From: Mesorhizobium sp.
GTDB lineage: Bacteria > Pseudomonadota > Alphaproteobacteria > Rhizobiales > Rhizobiaceae
Length of the DNA: 64,000 nucleotides
Assembly: GCA_963966365.1 (NCBI GenBank)
Contig: CAWZZC010000027.1
Location: 65,989-129,988 of the forward strand
Direction: 5' to 3'
Under the pieces are notes generated by a model that saw only the letters and a program-made list of their open reading frames with translations, ran no database searches and had not been told where the DNA came from. A program made the translations under genes and the position numbers. This document shows, one piece after another, positions 39,502 through 49,300 of this stretch (within the stretch, counting starts at the first letter, position 1; the number at the start of each line of letters is the position of its first letter).

Positions 39502-41385
39502 TCAGTCCTTGCCAATTGCCTTCGCCTTTTCAGCATCCACCCACCACAGCGACTCCACCGGGAATCCATAGTCCGGCTTCGGCTCCTTGAAGCCGAAAAC
39601 GTCCCAGAAGGCGGCCCGGTGATTCGCCGCGTGCCAATTTGGAATCCAGTCGCGCCGCGCACGCAAGACCCGGTCGAGGGCGCGCATCGCGGTGGTGAAG
39701 CTTTCCCGGTCGTCGGCCTCAGCGGCAATTTCGATCAGCGCGTCGACAGCCGGATCCTTGGTGCCGGGAAGGTTGCGCGACCCGGAGAGATCGGCGCTCC
39801 GCGAGTGAAACAGGGTCGACAACGACTCTCCCGTCGGTGTCGCGGCAAAGGCCAGCGCCATCGCCACCATGTCGAAATCGAAATCGATCTGCCGCGACTG
39901 GTACTGCGCGGGATCGACGAGGCGGATCGAGGCATCGATGCCGATTGCCCTCATGTTTTCCACGAAGGGCGCGTTGGCACGCACGAAGACCTGGTCCTGA
40001 ACCAGCATCTCCACGGCCATCACGTCATTCGCATCGTTGCGCAGGAGACCGTCCTGCCGCGTCCAGCCCGCCTCCTTGAGAAGCCGCGCGGCCTTGCCGA
40101 GCAGCCGGCGATCACGGCCAGAGCCGTCCGAGACTTCCATGGTGACGGCCTCGCCGAAGGCCTCTTCCGGAATCTGCCCGCGGAAGCGTTCCAGGATCTC
40201 CAGTTCATCAGACGACGGCAGCCCCTCCGCCTTGTAGGGCGAGCGCTCGAACGTCGATTGCGAGCGCTCGTAGGCGCCGTAGAAGAGGTTTTGGCGGGTC
40301 CATTCGAAATCGAAGCACAGGCTGATCGCATGGCGCACCCGAGGATCGGTGAAACGCGAACGCCGCTGGTTGAGCGCCCAGGCCTGCATGATGGGACTGC
40401 GCTCGGCCGGGAACTCGCGCTTGACCACCTTTCCTTGCCTGATCGCCGGAAAGTCGTATTCGGTCGCCCAGACACGCGAGGTGAATTCCTGACGGTAGCG
40501 CACGACACCCTTCTTGAATGCCTCGAACCCCGCCTGGCGCTCTCGATAGAATTCGATACGGATGCGATCGAAATGGTTGAGGCCACGCCTTACCGGCAGG
40601 TCATTGCCCCAGTAGTCCGCGGCCCGGACATATTCGATGTAGCGCCCGGCGGCGAAGTCGCCGACCATGTAGGGGCCGGAGCCGAGCGGCGGCCTCAGTT
40701 CGGAGCCGTCGAAAGGGTATTGCGTATAGAACGCCTTCGAAACGATCGGCAGCGTCGCAATGCTCAGAATGGAGCGCCGGGACTGATCGCCCGTGAATTC
40801 CAGGCGGACGGTCCGGGTGTCTTCGGCCACTGCGGCTTTGAGTTCGCGAAGCGCGATGACGAGGCTTGCGTGACCCTTCTCCTTGAACGTCTGGTAGGTG
40901 AACGCAACGTCGTCGGCGCTCACCGGAGTGCCGTCATGAAACCGCGCCTCCGGCCGCAGACGGAACACATAGCTGTTGCCGTCCTCGGCAATCGTCACAC
41001 TCTCGGCGAGGAGGCCGTAGATGGCATCCGGCTCGTCAAGCGCCCGTTCCATGAGGCTGTCGAAACACATCTCCATGCGTTGCGGCGCGTCGCCGCGCAT
41101 GGCGAAGGTGTTGAGCGTGTTGAACGTCAAAGGGTTCTGGTTGAACAGCCAGTTAGGCGGAGAGAAATTGAAGGTTCCTCCCGTCGGCGCCTGCGGGCTC
41201 GCATAGTCGAAATGCGTGAAATCGGGACCGTATTTCAGTTCGCCGAAGGCCGACAGGCCATGCAGCGGCCCACCCGTTTCGAGACTGGCGAAGGCGCCTG
41301 CGGGCAGAAGCGGGGCGGCGATCGCGCCACCGGAAACCGACAGGAAGCGCCGACGCGACAGGCGATTGGTGGCTGTACGAAGCAC
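39502..41385 (-). CDS. yejA: family-5 extracellular solute-binding protein (YejA-like), Tat-type signal
   Basis: Track ORF 39502..41562 trimmed to the GTG at 41385, 2 nt after the upstream stop. Twin-arginine motif SRRRFLSVSGG. Confidence 0.85.
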   Translation of the reverse strand: MLRTATNRLSRRRFLSVSGGAIAAPLLPAGAFASLETGGPLHGLSAFGELKYGPDFTHFDYASPQAPTGGTFNFSPPNWLFNQNPLTFNTLNTFAMRGDAPQRMEMCFDSLMERALDEPDAIYGLLAESVTIAEDGNSYVFRLRPEARFHDGTPVSADDVAFTYQTFKEKGHASLVIALRELKAAVAEDTRTVRLEFTGDQSRRSILSIATLPIVSKAFYTQYPFDGSELRPPLGSGPYMVGDFAAGRYIEYVRAADYWGNDLPVRRGLNHFDRIRIEFYRERQAGFEAFKKGVVRYRQEFTSRVWATEYDFPAIRQGKVVKREFPAERSPIMQAWALNQRRSRFTDPRVRHAISLCFDFEWTRQNLFYGAYERSQSTFERSPYKAEGLPSSDELEILERFRGQIPEEAFGEAVTMEVSDGSGRDRRLLGKAARLLKEAGWTRQDGLLRNDANDVMAVEMLVQDQVFVRANAPFVENMRAIGIDASIRLVDPAQYQSRQIDFDFDMVAMALAFAATPTGESLSTLFHSRSADLSGSRNLPGTKDPAVDALIEIAAEADDRESFTTAMRALDRVLRARRDWIPNWHAANHRAAFWDVFGFKEPKPDYGFPVESLWWVDAEKAKAIGKD

Positions 41386-41387
41386 GC

Positions 41388-43265
41388 TCAGTTCTGGCTC
41401 CTGTATTTGGCCGCGAGCGCGGCTTCCTTGTCCGGGTCGATCCACCAGGAATCGATATCGGCGCCGATGTAGGCCGGCTGCCGTTCGGGAATGCCGAACT
41501 TGTTCCAGTACGCCAGCCACACCTCCGAACGATGCCATTGCGGAATGACATAGAAGTTCCACAACAGCACGCGGTCGAGCGCGCGTGTGGCGGCAATCAG
41601 GTCCTCGCGGTCTCGCGCATAGATGACGCGTTCGACAAGTGCGTCGACGACCGGGTTCCTGATCCCGGCGAGGTTGCGCGAACCGGCGACGTCTGCCGCC
41701 TGGGAACCCCAGAATTCACGCTGCTCATTGCCCGGCGAGAGCGACTGAGCGAACTGGCCGGTGATCACGTCGAACTCGAAACCACGCACCCGGTTCACAT
41801 ATTGCGATGTGTCCACGAGCCGCAGCGAAGCGTCGATGCCGAGCTTTCGCAAGGTGGCGATGAAGGAACTCGAGATGATCTCATCGGTCGGTCCGCGCCC
41901 GAGAATGGTGAACGCAAACGGCTCGCCGGTGTCCTTGTTGACCATGCGCCCGTCCTTGATGACCCAACCGGCCTCGGAGAAGAGCTGGACGGCGCGGCGT
42001 AGATACTGGCGTTCGGCCTGCGGCGAATCATAGACGGGCAGCTTGAACTCCTCAGTGAACACCTCCGGCGGAAGCTGGTCGCGGTACTCCTCCAGAATCG
42101 CCAGTTCCTTGCCATCCGGCAGACCGGAGGAAGCCAGTTCGCCGCCCTCGAAATAGCTGTCGGTACGGGTGTTGTGTCCGTAGAACAGATTTCGGTTCAT
42201 GCTCTCGAAGTCGAAAGCCAGGGTCAGGGCCTGTCGCACCCGGCGGTCCTGGAATTGCGGTCGACGTAGGTTGAGAACGAAACCTTGCATGGGCTCCCCC
42301 GATTCGGTGGGGAACTCGCGCTTGATCACATCGCCTTCCTTGAAGGCCGGAAAATCATACTCGACCGACCAACGGCGCGAGCTGTTCTCAGGGCGAATGT
42401 CTTCCAGGCCGCCCTTCGTGAAGGCCTGCCACTCGGCATTTTCGTCCTGGATATAGATGTATCGGCGCCTGTCGAAATTGTTTCGTCCGACATTGACCGG
42501 CAGGTCGGCCGCCCAATAGTCATCGACCCGTTCCCAGACAATCTCGGAACCCGGACGGAAACTGGCGATTCGATAGGCACCCGAGCCGAGCGGCTTTTCC
42601 AGCGTCGGCTGGGTAATGTCGCGCAGCTTGCCGCTGGCGTCGGTTCCCGTCCACCAGTGTTTCGGCAGCACCGGAAGGTCGCCGATGATGTGCGGCAGTT
42701 CGCGATTGCCGGTCTGGTCGAAGGTGAACAGGATCTCGCGCTCCGAAAGGGCCTTGGCATCGGTGACGCTGGAGAAATAGCGATTGAAGTTCGGGCTGTT
42801 CTTCTTCAGCACGTCGAACGACCAGACCACGTCGTCGGCTGTAATCGGCACGCCATCGTGCCAGCGCGCCTTGGGATCGAGCCGGTATGTCGCTGACGAA
42901 TAGTCGTCCGGGAAGCTGAAGGCCTCCGCGACGAGCGCATGGCTGGTGCCGGGCTCGTCGGTCGCCTGCTGCATCAGTGTGTCCCACAGAAGGCCGCCGA
43001 AGAAATTGAGCCCGGCCGCTGCCGTGCCGCGCACGATGAAGGGGTTGAAACTGTCGAAGGTCCCAGGGCTGACCGAGTTCAGCGTGCCGCCCTTCGGCGC
43101 ATCCGGATTGACGTAATCGTAGTGCTCGAAATCCTCGCCATATTTCGATTCGCCGATCAGCGAAGACGTCGAATGCCATTCCTGCGAAGCGCTTGACGCG
43201 ATGCAGCCAAGAAGCAGCGCCGCCATCGCCAGGCGCACCGTTCGAATTGCCTTGGGCCGGTTCAT
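41388..43265 (-). CDS. second family-5 solute-binding protein (YejA paralogue), Sec/lipobox-like signal
   Basis: Track ORF 41388..43445 trimmed to the ATG at 43265 (MNRPKAIRTVRLAMAALLLGCIASS...). By eye it is clearly homologous to, but well diverged from, the downstream SBP. Confidence 0.85.
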   Translation of the reverse strand: MNRPKAIRTVRLAMAALLLGCIASSASQEWHSTSSLIGESKYGEDFEHYDYVNPDAPKGGTLNSVSPGTFDSFNPFIVRGTAAAGLNFFGGLLWDTLMQQATDEPGTSHALVAEAFSFPDDYSSATYRLDPKARWHDGVPITADDVVWSFDVLKKNSPNFNRYFSSVTDAKALSEREILFTFDQTGNRELPHIIGDLPVLPKHWWTGTDASGKLRDITQPTLEKPLGSGAYRIASFRPGSEIVWERVDDYWAADLPVNVGRNNFDRRRYIYIQDENAEWQAFTKGGLEDIRPENSSRRWSVEYDFPAFKEGDVIKREFPTESGEPMQGFVLNLRRPQFQDRRVRQALTLAFDFESMNRNLFYGHNTRTDSYFEGGELASSGLPDGKELAILEEYRDQLPPEVFTEEFKLPVYDSPQAERQYLRRAVQLFSEAGWVIKDGRMVNKDTGEPFAFTILGRGPTDEIISSSFIATLRKLGIDASLRLVDTSQYVNRVRGFEFDVITGQFAQSLSPGNEQREFWGSQAADVAGSRNLAGIRNPVVDALVERVIYARDREDLIAATRALDRVLLWNFYVIPQWHRSEVWLAYWNKFGIPERQPAYIGADIDSWWIDPDKEAALAAKYRSQN

Positions 43266-43414
43266 TACGCTCCCCTTTGTTGTCATGCCAATGTAACCCG
43301 CAAATGGCCGCTGAAAACCCCGCGCCGTTCGACAGACACACCAACATGGGAAATTTGCCCCAGTTGCAGGACGTTTGGCGCTCGATGCCAGGCCGCTCAC
43401 GGCAGACATGCAAC

Positions 43415-43442
43415 AAAAAGGCCGGGCAAAACCCGGCCTTTT
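43415..43442 (-). terminator. rho-independent terminator after the cytochrome c gene
   Basis: GGCCGGG-caaaa-CCCGGCC with A5/T4 runs on either side. On the minus strand it is followed by TTTTTG. Confidence 0.75.
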
Positions 43443-43466
43443 CATGGAAAGCAGATTACAATTTCG

Positions 43467-44153
43467 TCACTGAGCGGCCGGCTGCTCGGCCTCAGGCGCC
43501 GTTTCTCCACCCTCGGCGGGCGCCTCGGCCGGCGCTTCTTCCCCGGCGCCAGCATCGGCTTCCGGCGCCTCAGCCGCGGGTGCTTCCGCCGCCTCGGTCT
43601 CCTGAACCTCGGGCAATGCCGCGGGGCTGTCGGAAAGCGTGCGCAGATAGGCGATCAGATTGGCGCGCTCTTCGGGACGCTTGACGCCGGCGAAGGCCAT
43701 CGCCGTGCCCTTGATGTAGCCCTTGGGCGACTCCAGAAAGTGATCCAGGTGCTCGTAGTCCCAGACAACCGAATGGCCTTCGGAGAACTCCGTCATGGCG
43801 CCGGAGTATGAGAAGCCCTCATGCGAGGCAATCGGCCGGTTGACGACATCCCAGAGATTCGGTCCCACCTTGTTGGCTCCGCCGTTCTCGTTCGTGTGGC
43901 ATGCGGCACACTTCTTGAACACCGCCTCGCCCGCCGAAGCGTCGGCCGAAGCCAGACGAACCGCGATCGGCTCGACCGAGGGCCCCTCGCTGGCGGCGCC
44001 GCCTTCCTCGGGTTCTGCCGCGACAATCTCGAATCCCGGCGTCTCGGGCGCGGGGCTGGCGAATATCGAGTCCGACACGATGCCGATCGTAAAGACAACG
44101 AAGGCCGCTCCGAGCAGCCCGCCAAGCAGCTTGTTCAGTTCGAAGGAATCCAT
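43467..44153 (-). CDS. membrane-anchored class I cytochrome c (CycM-like) with an acidic Ala/Glu/Pro tail
   Basis: 228 aa. N-terminal TM anchor, CAACH haem-binding motif, and about 54 low-complexity residues at the C-terminus. Confidence 0.88.
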   Translation of the reverse strand: MDSFELNKLLGGLLGAAFVVFTIGIVSDSIFASPAPETPGFEIVAAEPEEGGAASEGPSVEPIAVRLASADASAGEAVFKKCAACHTNENGGANKVGPNLWDVVNRPIASHEGFSYSGAMTEFSEGHSVVWDYEHLDHFLESPKGYIKGTAMAFAGVKRPEERANLIAYLRTLSDSPAALPEVQETEAAEAPAAEAPEADAGAGEEAPAEAPAEGGETAPEAEQPAAQ

Positions 44154-44328
44154 TTGCTCCGATTGCTCCTGAAGACTGCCGGCCCCTCCGGCATGCCTGT
44201 GGTCCCGCCGGCCGCAGCCGGTAAAATCGCGCGGAAACTAGGTCTTTTGCTTCTTCGTTGCAACACATATAAGGACCTTTCCACGTGAGACCTTTTGCCA
44301 CCTGTCCGACCCGGATTTCCCGACAGCC

Positions 44329-45069
44329 ATGTCCAATCTGATCCTCATACCGGCCCGAATGGCGTCGCAGCGTCTGCCCGGCAAGCCATTGGCCGACATA
44401 GGCGGCAAGACCATGATCGTGCATGTCGCCGACCGTGCAGCCGCAAGCGGGCTCGGACGTGTCGTGGTGGCCACCGACAGCCGCGAGGTCCATGAAACGG
44501 TCGTCGCGGCCGGTCACGAGGCGGTCATGACGCGCGGCGATCATCAGTCGGGTTCCGACCGCATCTACGAGGCGCTGGAACTTGTCGACCCGGATGGCCG
44601 CGCCAATGTCGTCGTCAATGTCCAGGGCGATCTCCCGACCATCGACCCGACGCTCATCGCCGCCGCACTCGACCCGTTCGACGACCCGTCCGCCGACATA
44701 GCGACGCTCGGTGTCGAGATCGAGCGGGAAGAGGAAAAGACCAACCCCAACGTGGTCAAGATCGTCGGCTCGCCGATCGGCCCCGGCCGCCTGCGGGCTC
44801 TCTATTTCACCCGGGCCACCGCGCCCTGGGGCGACGGGCCCCTCTACCATCACATCGGGCTCTATGCCTATCGCCGCGCAGCACTGAAGCGCTTCGTGTC
44901 ACTCAAGCCCTCGCCGCTCGAGTTGCGCGAACGGCTGGAGCAGCTGCGCGCCCTGGAGGCAGGCATGCGCATCGACGTCCGGCTGGTGCGCACCGCGCCG
45001 CTCGGCGTCGACACGCCGGCGGACCTGGAACGGGCACGCGAAATCATCGCATCCATCGACAACGGTTGA
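44329..45069 (+). CDS. kdsB: 3-deoxy-manno-octulosonate cytidylyltransferase
   Basis: 246 aa, [33 protein letters not shown]... Confidence 0.94.
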   Translation: MSNLILIPARMASQRLPGKPLADIGGKTMIVHVADRAAASGLGRVVVATDSREVHETVVAAGHEAVMTRGDHQSGSDRIYEALELVDPDGRANVVVNVQGDLPTIDPTLIAAALDPFDDPSADIATLGVEIEREEEKTNPNVVKIVGSPIGPGRLRALYFTRATAPWGDGPLYHHIGLYAYRRAALKRFVSLKPSPLELRERLEQLRALEAGMRIDVRLVRTAPLGVDTPADLERAREIIASIDNG

Positions 45070-45075
45070 GCAGAA

Positions 45076-45951
45076 ATGAAATCAGGGACGAACAAGATTG
45101 CCTTTCAGGGGGAGCCGGGCGCCAACTCCGATACGGCCTGCCGCGACATGTTTCCCGACATGGAGCCCCTGCCCTGCCCGACCTTCGAAGACGCGTTCAA
45201 TGCGGTCGAGACCGGGAAGGCCGATCTTGCGATGATCCCCATCGAGAACACGATCGCCGGCCGCGTCGCCGACATTCACCATCTGCTTCCCGAATCGCGG
45301 CTGCACATCGTCGGCGAATATTTCTTACCGATCCATTTTCAGCTGATGGTGCTGCCGGACGCAGAGCTGGATGACATCAAGGCCGTCTACAGCCACATTC
45401 ACGCACTGGGACAATGCCGCAAGGTCATCCGCCGGCACCGGTGGAAACCGATGGTCGCCGGTGATACCGCCGGCGCGGCGCGCGTCGTCGCCGAAGAAGG
45501 CGAGCCGACCAATGCAGCGCTCGCACCCCGGCTGGCGGCCGATCTCTACGGTCTCAAGATCGTGGCCGAGAACGTCGAGGACACCGACAACAACGTCACC
45601 CGCTTCGTGGTCCTGTCGAAGACGAAGAAGTGGGCGCCACGGGAACCGGAGAAGAAGATGATGACGACCTTCATCTTCCGCGTGCGCAACGTACCGGCAG
45701 CGCTCTACAAGGCGATGGGCGGCTTTGCGACCAACGGGGTCAACATGACCAAGCTGGAAAGCTACCAGCTTGGCGGCAAATTCTTCTCCTCGCTCTTCTA
45801 TGCCGACGTCGAAGGTCATCCCGATGACCGCAATGTGGCGCTCGCACTGGAGGAACTCCAGTTCTTCTCGCGCGAGGTCCGCATTCTTGGCGTCTACGAA
45901 CAACACCCGTTTCGCGCAACGCAGAGCGAGGAAGAAGATGAACTTGGCTGA
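45076..45951 (+). CDS. pheA: prephenate dehydratase
   Basis: 291 aa. PDT domain (IAFQGEPGANSD..., IPIENTIAGRV) plus a C-terminal ACT domain (TTFIFRVRNVPAALYKAMGGFA). Confidence 0.93.
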   Translation: MKSGTNKIAFQGEPGANSDTACRDMFPDMEPLPCPTFEDAFNAVETGKADLAMIPIENTIAGRVADIHHLLPESRLHIVGEYFLPIHFQLMVLPDAELDDIKAVYSHIHALGQCRKVIRRHRWKPMVAGDTAGAARVVAEEGEPTNAALAPRLAADLYGLKIVAENVEDTDNNVTRFVVLSKTKKWAPREPEKKMMTTFIFRVRNVPAALYKAMGGFATNGVNMTKLESYQLGGKFFSSLFYADVEGHPDDRNVALALEELQFFSREVRILGVYEQHPFRATQSEEEDELG

Positions 45952-45963
45952 GATCATCGCTTC

Positions 45964-46917
45964 ATGACGGCCGACCGCCCGCTTCTCGGCATCCTGCTGA
46001 TGGTTGGCTTTTGTGCGATGGCGCCGCTGGGCGATTCCATCGCCAAGATTCTCGGGGAGACGGTCCCCCTTCTGCAGCTTCTGCTGGTTCGCTTTGCAGC
46101 GCAGGCGGTCCTGCTTCTTCCCTTCATTGCCTGGAGCGGCCAAAGCATGCGCGTCACGCCGCGCGTGCTGCGGCTGACCGCGATCCGCACCCTGCTGCAC
46201 GTCCTCGGTATCGGCTCGCTGTTCGTGGCGCTGCGCTATCTGCCGCTTGCCGACGCGACGGCGATCGCCTTCGTCATGCCCTTCATCCTGCTGCTTCTGG
46301 GCCGTTTCGTGCTGGACGAGGAGGTCGGGCCTCGACGCCTTGCCGCCTGCGCGGTCGGATTTGTCGGCACCCTTCTCGTCATTCAGCCGAGCTTTGCCGA
46401 GGTCGGCTGGCCGGCGCTGATGCCGCTTCTGGTCGCACTTGCTTTCGCCTTCTACATGCTCGTCAGCCGGCAGGTTGCAAAGGAATGCGAGCCGATGGTG
46501 CTGCAGACGATCAGCGGCATGATGGCGACCGCCGGGCTTGCGGTGCTGGCATTGCTGACGCTCGGCAGCGACATCCCGGCATTGCAGATCATCTGGCCGC
46601 AACCGCGCGACGCAATCCTGCTGGTGGCGATCGGCGCAATGGGTACCTTCGCTCACCTGCTCATGACCTGGTCGCTGCGCTTTGCCCCTTCGGCGACGCT
46701 CGCTCCGATGCAGTACCTCGAAATTCCATTCGCAACCTTCTTCGGATGGCTGATCTTCCACGATCTTCCTGACGGCCTTGCCGCGCTCGGCATCCTCATC
46801 ACGATCGGCTCCGGCCTTTATGTCATCTACCGGGAGCGCATTGCGGCGGGCATGGCGCAACAGCAGGTGGCGCTCGCCAAGCCGACCGTGAAAGGTTCCG
46901 TCGCCGGGCAGGGATGA
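45964..46917 (+). CDS. DMT-superfamily (EamA-type) transporter
   Basis: 317 aa, about 10 predicted TM helices, two EamA-like halves. Confidence 0.8.
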   Translation: MTADRPLLGILLMVGFCAMAPLGDSIAKILGETVPLLQLLLVRFAAQAVLLLPFIAWSGQSMRVTPRVLRLTAIRTLLHVLGIGSLFVALRYLPLADATAIAFVMPFILLLLGRFVLDEEVGPRRLAACAVGFVGTLLVIQPSFAEVGWPALMPLLVALAFAFYMLVSRQVAKECEPMVLQTISGMMATAGLAVLALLTLGSDIPALQIIWPQPRDAILLVAIGAMGTFAHLLMTWSLRFAPSATLAPMQYLEIPFATFFGWLIFHDLPDGLAALGILITIGSGLYVIYRERIAAGMAQQQVALAKPTVKGSVAGQG

Positions 46918-46989
46918 TCCGCGTCACGGACAGGGAAATCGGTTCCGGTTTTCCAGAGGATGGGCTAGTCTGTTGCCAAGGTAGCGACA

Positions 46990-47802
46990 ATGACCAAGCC
47001 CGCGGACAAGAATGATGACCGGGCAGAGGAGTGGCGCGAAGTCCTGACGAAAGGCCACCCACGGCTGAAGTTCGTTCAACGCTGCATGAGGCATCTGCCC
47101 AGCCCCCCTCGCTGCAAGGTCTGCAACAATCCCTTCGGCGGCGTGGGAGGCTATGTCTGCAAGCTCGCTGGTTTCCGCCCGTCAAAGAAGAACCCGCGCA
47201 TCTGTGCAGCGTGTTGCGAGGACATGCCGCTGGGCGGCGCGGAAGTGGAGACGGCCATTCTGTTCGCCGACATCCGCAACTCGACCGCGCTGGCGGAGCG
47301 GCTGGGGCCGACACGGTATGCCGAAGCGCTCAACAGATTCTATGCAACGGCAACGGACGTCCTGATCCGCCATGACGCAACGGTCGACAAGTTGATCGGC
47401 GACGAGGTCATGGCCTTCTTCATTCCCGGCTTTGCAGGAAACGGCTTCAAGCAATCGGCAATCGAGGCCGCCCAGCATCTCCTGACCGCTCTCGGACATG
47501 GAGCGAGCGCGCAAGAGGCGGACTTGCCGGTCGGCATAGGCATCGACACGGGCATCGCCTTCGTCGGGAATGTCGGCGGAGACGACTTCATAGACTTCAC
47601 GGTGCTCGGTGACCCGGTCAACCTCGCCGACAGGATACAGGCGGAAGCCCGCCCCGGAGAACTGCTGGTCAGCGCGCGCGCCTATTCCGCGGTTGCCGAT
47701 TCCTATCCCGGACTTGAACCGCGACAGATCGCTGTCAGGGGCAAGGACGAGAAGCTGAACGTCTACTCGCTGCCGCTCTCCGCCCACGCCCTGATGAGGT
47801 GA
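46990..47802 (+). CDS. class III adenylate/guanylate cyclase with an N-terminal Cys4 zinc-ribbon-like segment
   Basis: CKVC...26 residues...CAAC, followed by the cyclase core ILFADIRNST, KLIGDEVMAFF and TVLGDPVNLADRIQ (metal Asp, Lys, Asn and Arg all present). Confidence 0.85.
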   Translation: MTKPADKNDDRAEEWREVLTKGHPRLKFVQRCMRHLPSPPRCKVCNNPFGGVGGYVCKLAGFRPSKKNPRICAACCEDMPLGGAEVETAILFADIRNSTALAERLGPTRYAEALNRFYATATDVLIRHDATVDKLIGDEVMAFFIPGFAGNGFKQSAIEAAQHLLTALGHGASAQEADLPVGIGIDTGIAFVGNVGGDDFIDFTVLGDPVNLADRIQAEARPGELLVSARAYSAVADSYPGLEPRQIAVRGKDEKLNVYSLPLSAHALMR

Positions 47803-48713
47803 TGGGCGATGGCGCCGGGCGGCGGCACGGTGAGCCCGTCACGATGCGTGCCTGCAAGCATGTGCATGACCTCGTCGCGCGAGAACCAGCGGCACGCTTC
47901 CAGTTCTTCCATATCCGGCCGCACCTCCTCATCGAGCGCTTCACCGAAGCAGCCGATCATCAGTGAATGCGGAAACGGCCAGGGCTGGCTCGCATGATAG
48001 ACGACGCGGCCGATGCGGACGCCGGACTCCTCGAAGGTTTCGCGGCGCACCGCGTTCTCGATCGTCTCGCCGGGTTCAATGAAACCTGCAAGGCATGAAA
48101 ACATGCCCGGCTGAAAATGCGGACTGCGGCCGAGAATGCAGGCGTCGGACCGCACTGCGAGCATGATCGCCACGGGATCGGTGCGCGGGAAGTGCTGGGC
48201 TTCGCATTTCGGGCAGACACGCTTGTAGCCCCCGGCGCGCATCTCGCTCGCACTGCCGCATCGCGAACAGAACCGGTGGCTGGAATGCCAGGCCAGGAGC
48301 GCCGCGCCCAGGGCCAGCGCACCGAGGTCCGCCTGCGAAAGCAAACCCTGGATGTAGACCGACCGGTAGTCGATCGCCTTGATCGTGTCAGGCAGAGCCT
48401 CCGGGTCGATCCCGGCCGGCACTGCCAGCACAGGTCGGCCGCCTCCATCCCAGCCCATCAGCACGGCGTGTTCGAGCTTCGCCGAAAGGTCGTGGGCAGC
48501 GGATCTGGCGTACCAAGGATCGAAGCCGTCCGGCCCGCGCTTCAGGTAGACCCTGCCGCCGCGCACGAGCATCAGCCGTGCTGCCGGGTCTGCCAGTGCC
48601 TTGTCGACGCCGTCATCGGTCCGCTTTTCCGATAGCCTCTCGATCACGTTGCCGGCAAAGCCGACAAACTGGCTCGGCTCGCGCCGCGGAGCGTCGAATA
48701 GACGAAATGGCAT
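47763..48713 (-). CDS. nudC: NAD(+)/NADH diphosphatase NudC
   Basis: 316 aa. Zinc ribbon CSRCGS...CPKCEAQHFPRTDP and a Nudix box (GFIEPGETIENAVRRETFEESG). The 3' end overlaps the cyclase 3' end by 40 nt. Confidence 0.9.
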   Translation of the reverse strand: MPFRLFDAPRREPSQFVGFAGNVIERLSEKRTDDGVDKALADPAARLMLVRGGRVYLKRGPDGFDPWYARSAAHDLSAKLEHAVLMGWDGGGRPVLAVPAGIDPEALPDTIKAIDYRSVYIQGLLSQADLGALALGAALLAWHSSHRFCSRCGSASEMRAGGYKRVCPKCEAQHFPRTDPVAIMLAVRSDACILGRSPHFQPGMFSCLAGFIEPGETIENAVRRETFEESGVRIGRVVYHASQPWPFPHSLMIGCFGEALDEEVRPDMEELEACRWFSRDEVMHMLAGTHRDGLTVPPPGAIAHHLIRAWAESGSE

Positions 48714-48725
48714 GATTCTTCCCGG

Positions 48726-49154
48726 TCAGGTGGACTGCATGGCCTGCCGGATGGCTTCGGCAAACTGATGGAGATCTTCACGGCGATAGGGGGTGCGCGG
48801 ACCATGGCCCCAGACCGGGCCCGGCCAGTTCGGATCGCCCTCCGAACGCGCCACGACATGCACATGGAGCTGGCGCACCACATTGCCGAGAGCCGCAACA
48901 TTGATCTTGGTGCAACCGGTCACCTGCTTCAGCGCCTGGGCAACCATGTTTGTCTCAAAGGTCAGCATGGTCTGGTCGAGTGGTGTGAGTTCGTGCAGCT
49001 CTTCCACATCCGGGCGCTGCGGCACCAGGAGAAGCCATGGCCAGCGGCTATCGTCCATGACCCTCAATTCGCACAGACCGAGCCACATGACCGGCATGCT
49101 GTCGGCATGCAGGACCTTGTCGAGCTCGAAGCCTCTCTTCTGCCCTTTCAACAT
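48726..49154 (-). CDS. HIT-family nucleotide hydrolase/transferase
   Basis: Track ORF 48726..49208 trimmed to the ATG at 49154. Histidine-triad region VRQLHVHVVAR. Confidence 0.82.
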   Translation of the reverse strand: MLKGQKRGFELDKVLHADSMPVMWLGLCELRVMDDSRWPWLLLVPQRPDVEELHELTPLDQTMLTFETNMVAQALKQVTGCTKINVAALGNVVRQLHVHVVARSEGDPNWPGPVWGHGPRTPYRREDLHQFAEAIRQAMQST

Positions 49155-49266
49155 GGGCGCGTTTCCCGTTCGTCTTGAAAAGCTAGATGGAGCGGCTTGC
49201 CGCCGCAAGTCCCTTGGCGTGCGAGCGCGGACAAGATCGCCGATTCGCCGAACCTACACTCACGCT

Positions 49267-49295
49267 CTTGCATTTGTCGCGTCAATTGACGATAT
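49267..49295 (+). promoter_or_regulatory. candidate sigma-70 promoter of ffs
   Basis: CTTGCA-N17-CGATAT resembles the rhizobial CTTGAC-N17-CTATAT consensus. It would place the TSS near 49302, at the predicted 5' end of the SRP RNA. Confidence 0.45.
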
Positions 49296-49300
49296 GGGGG

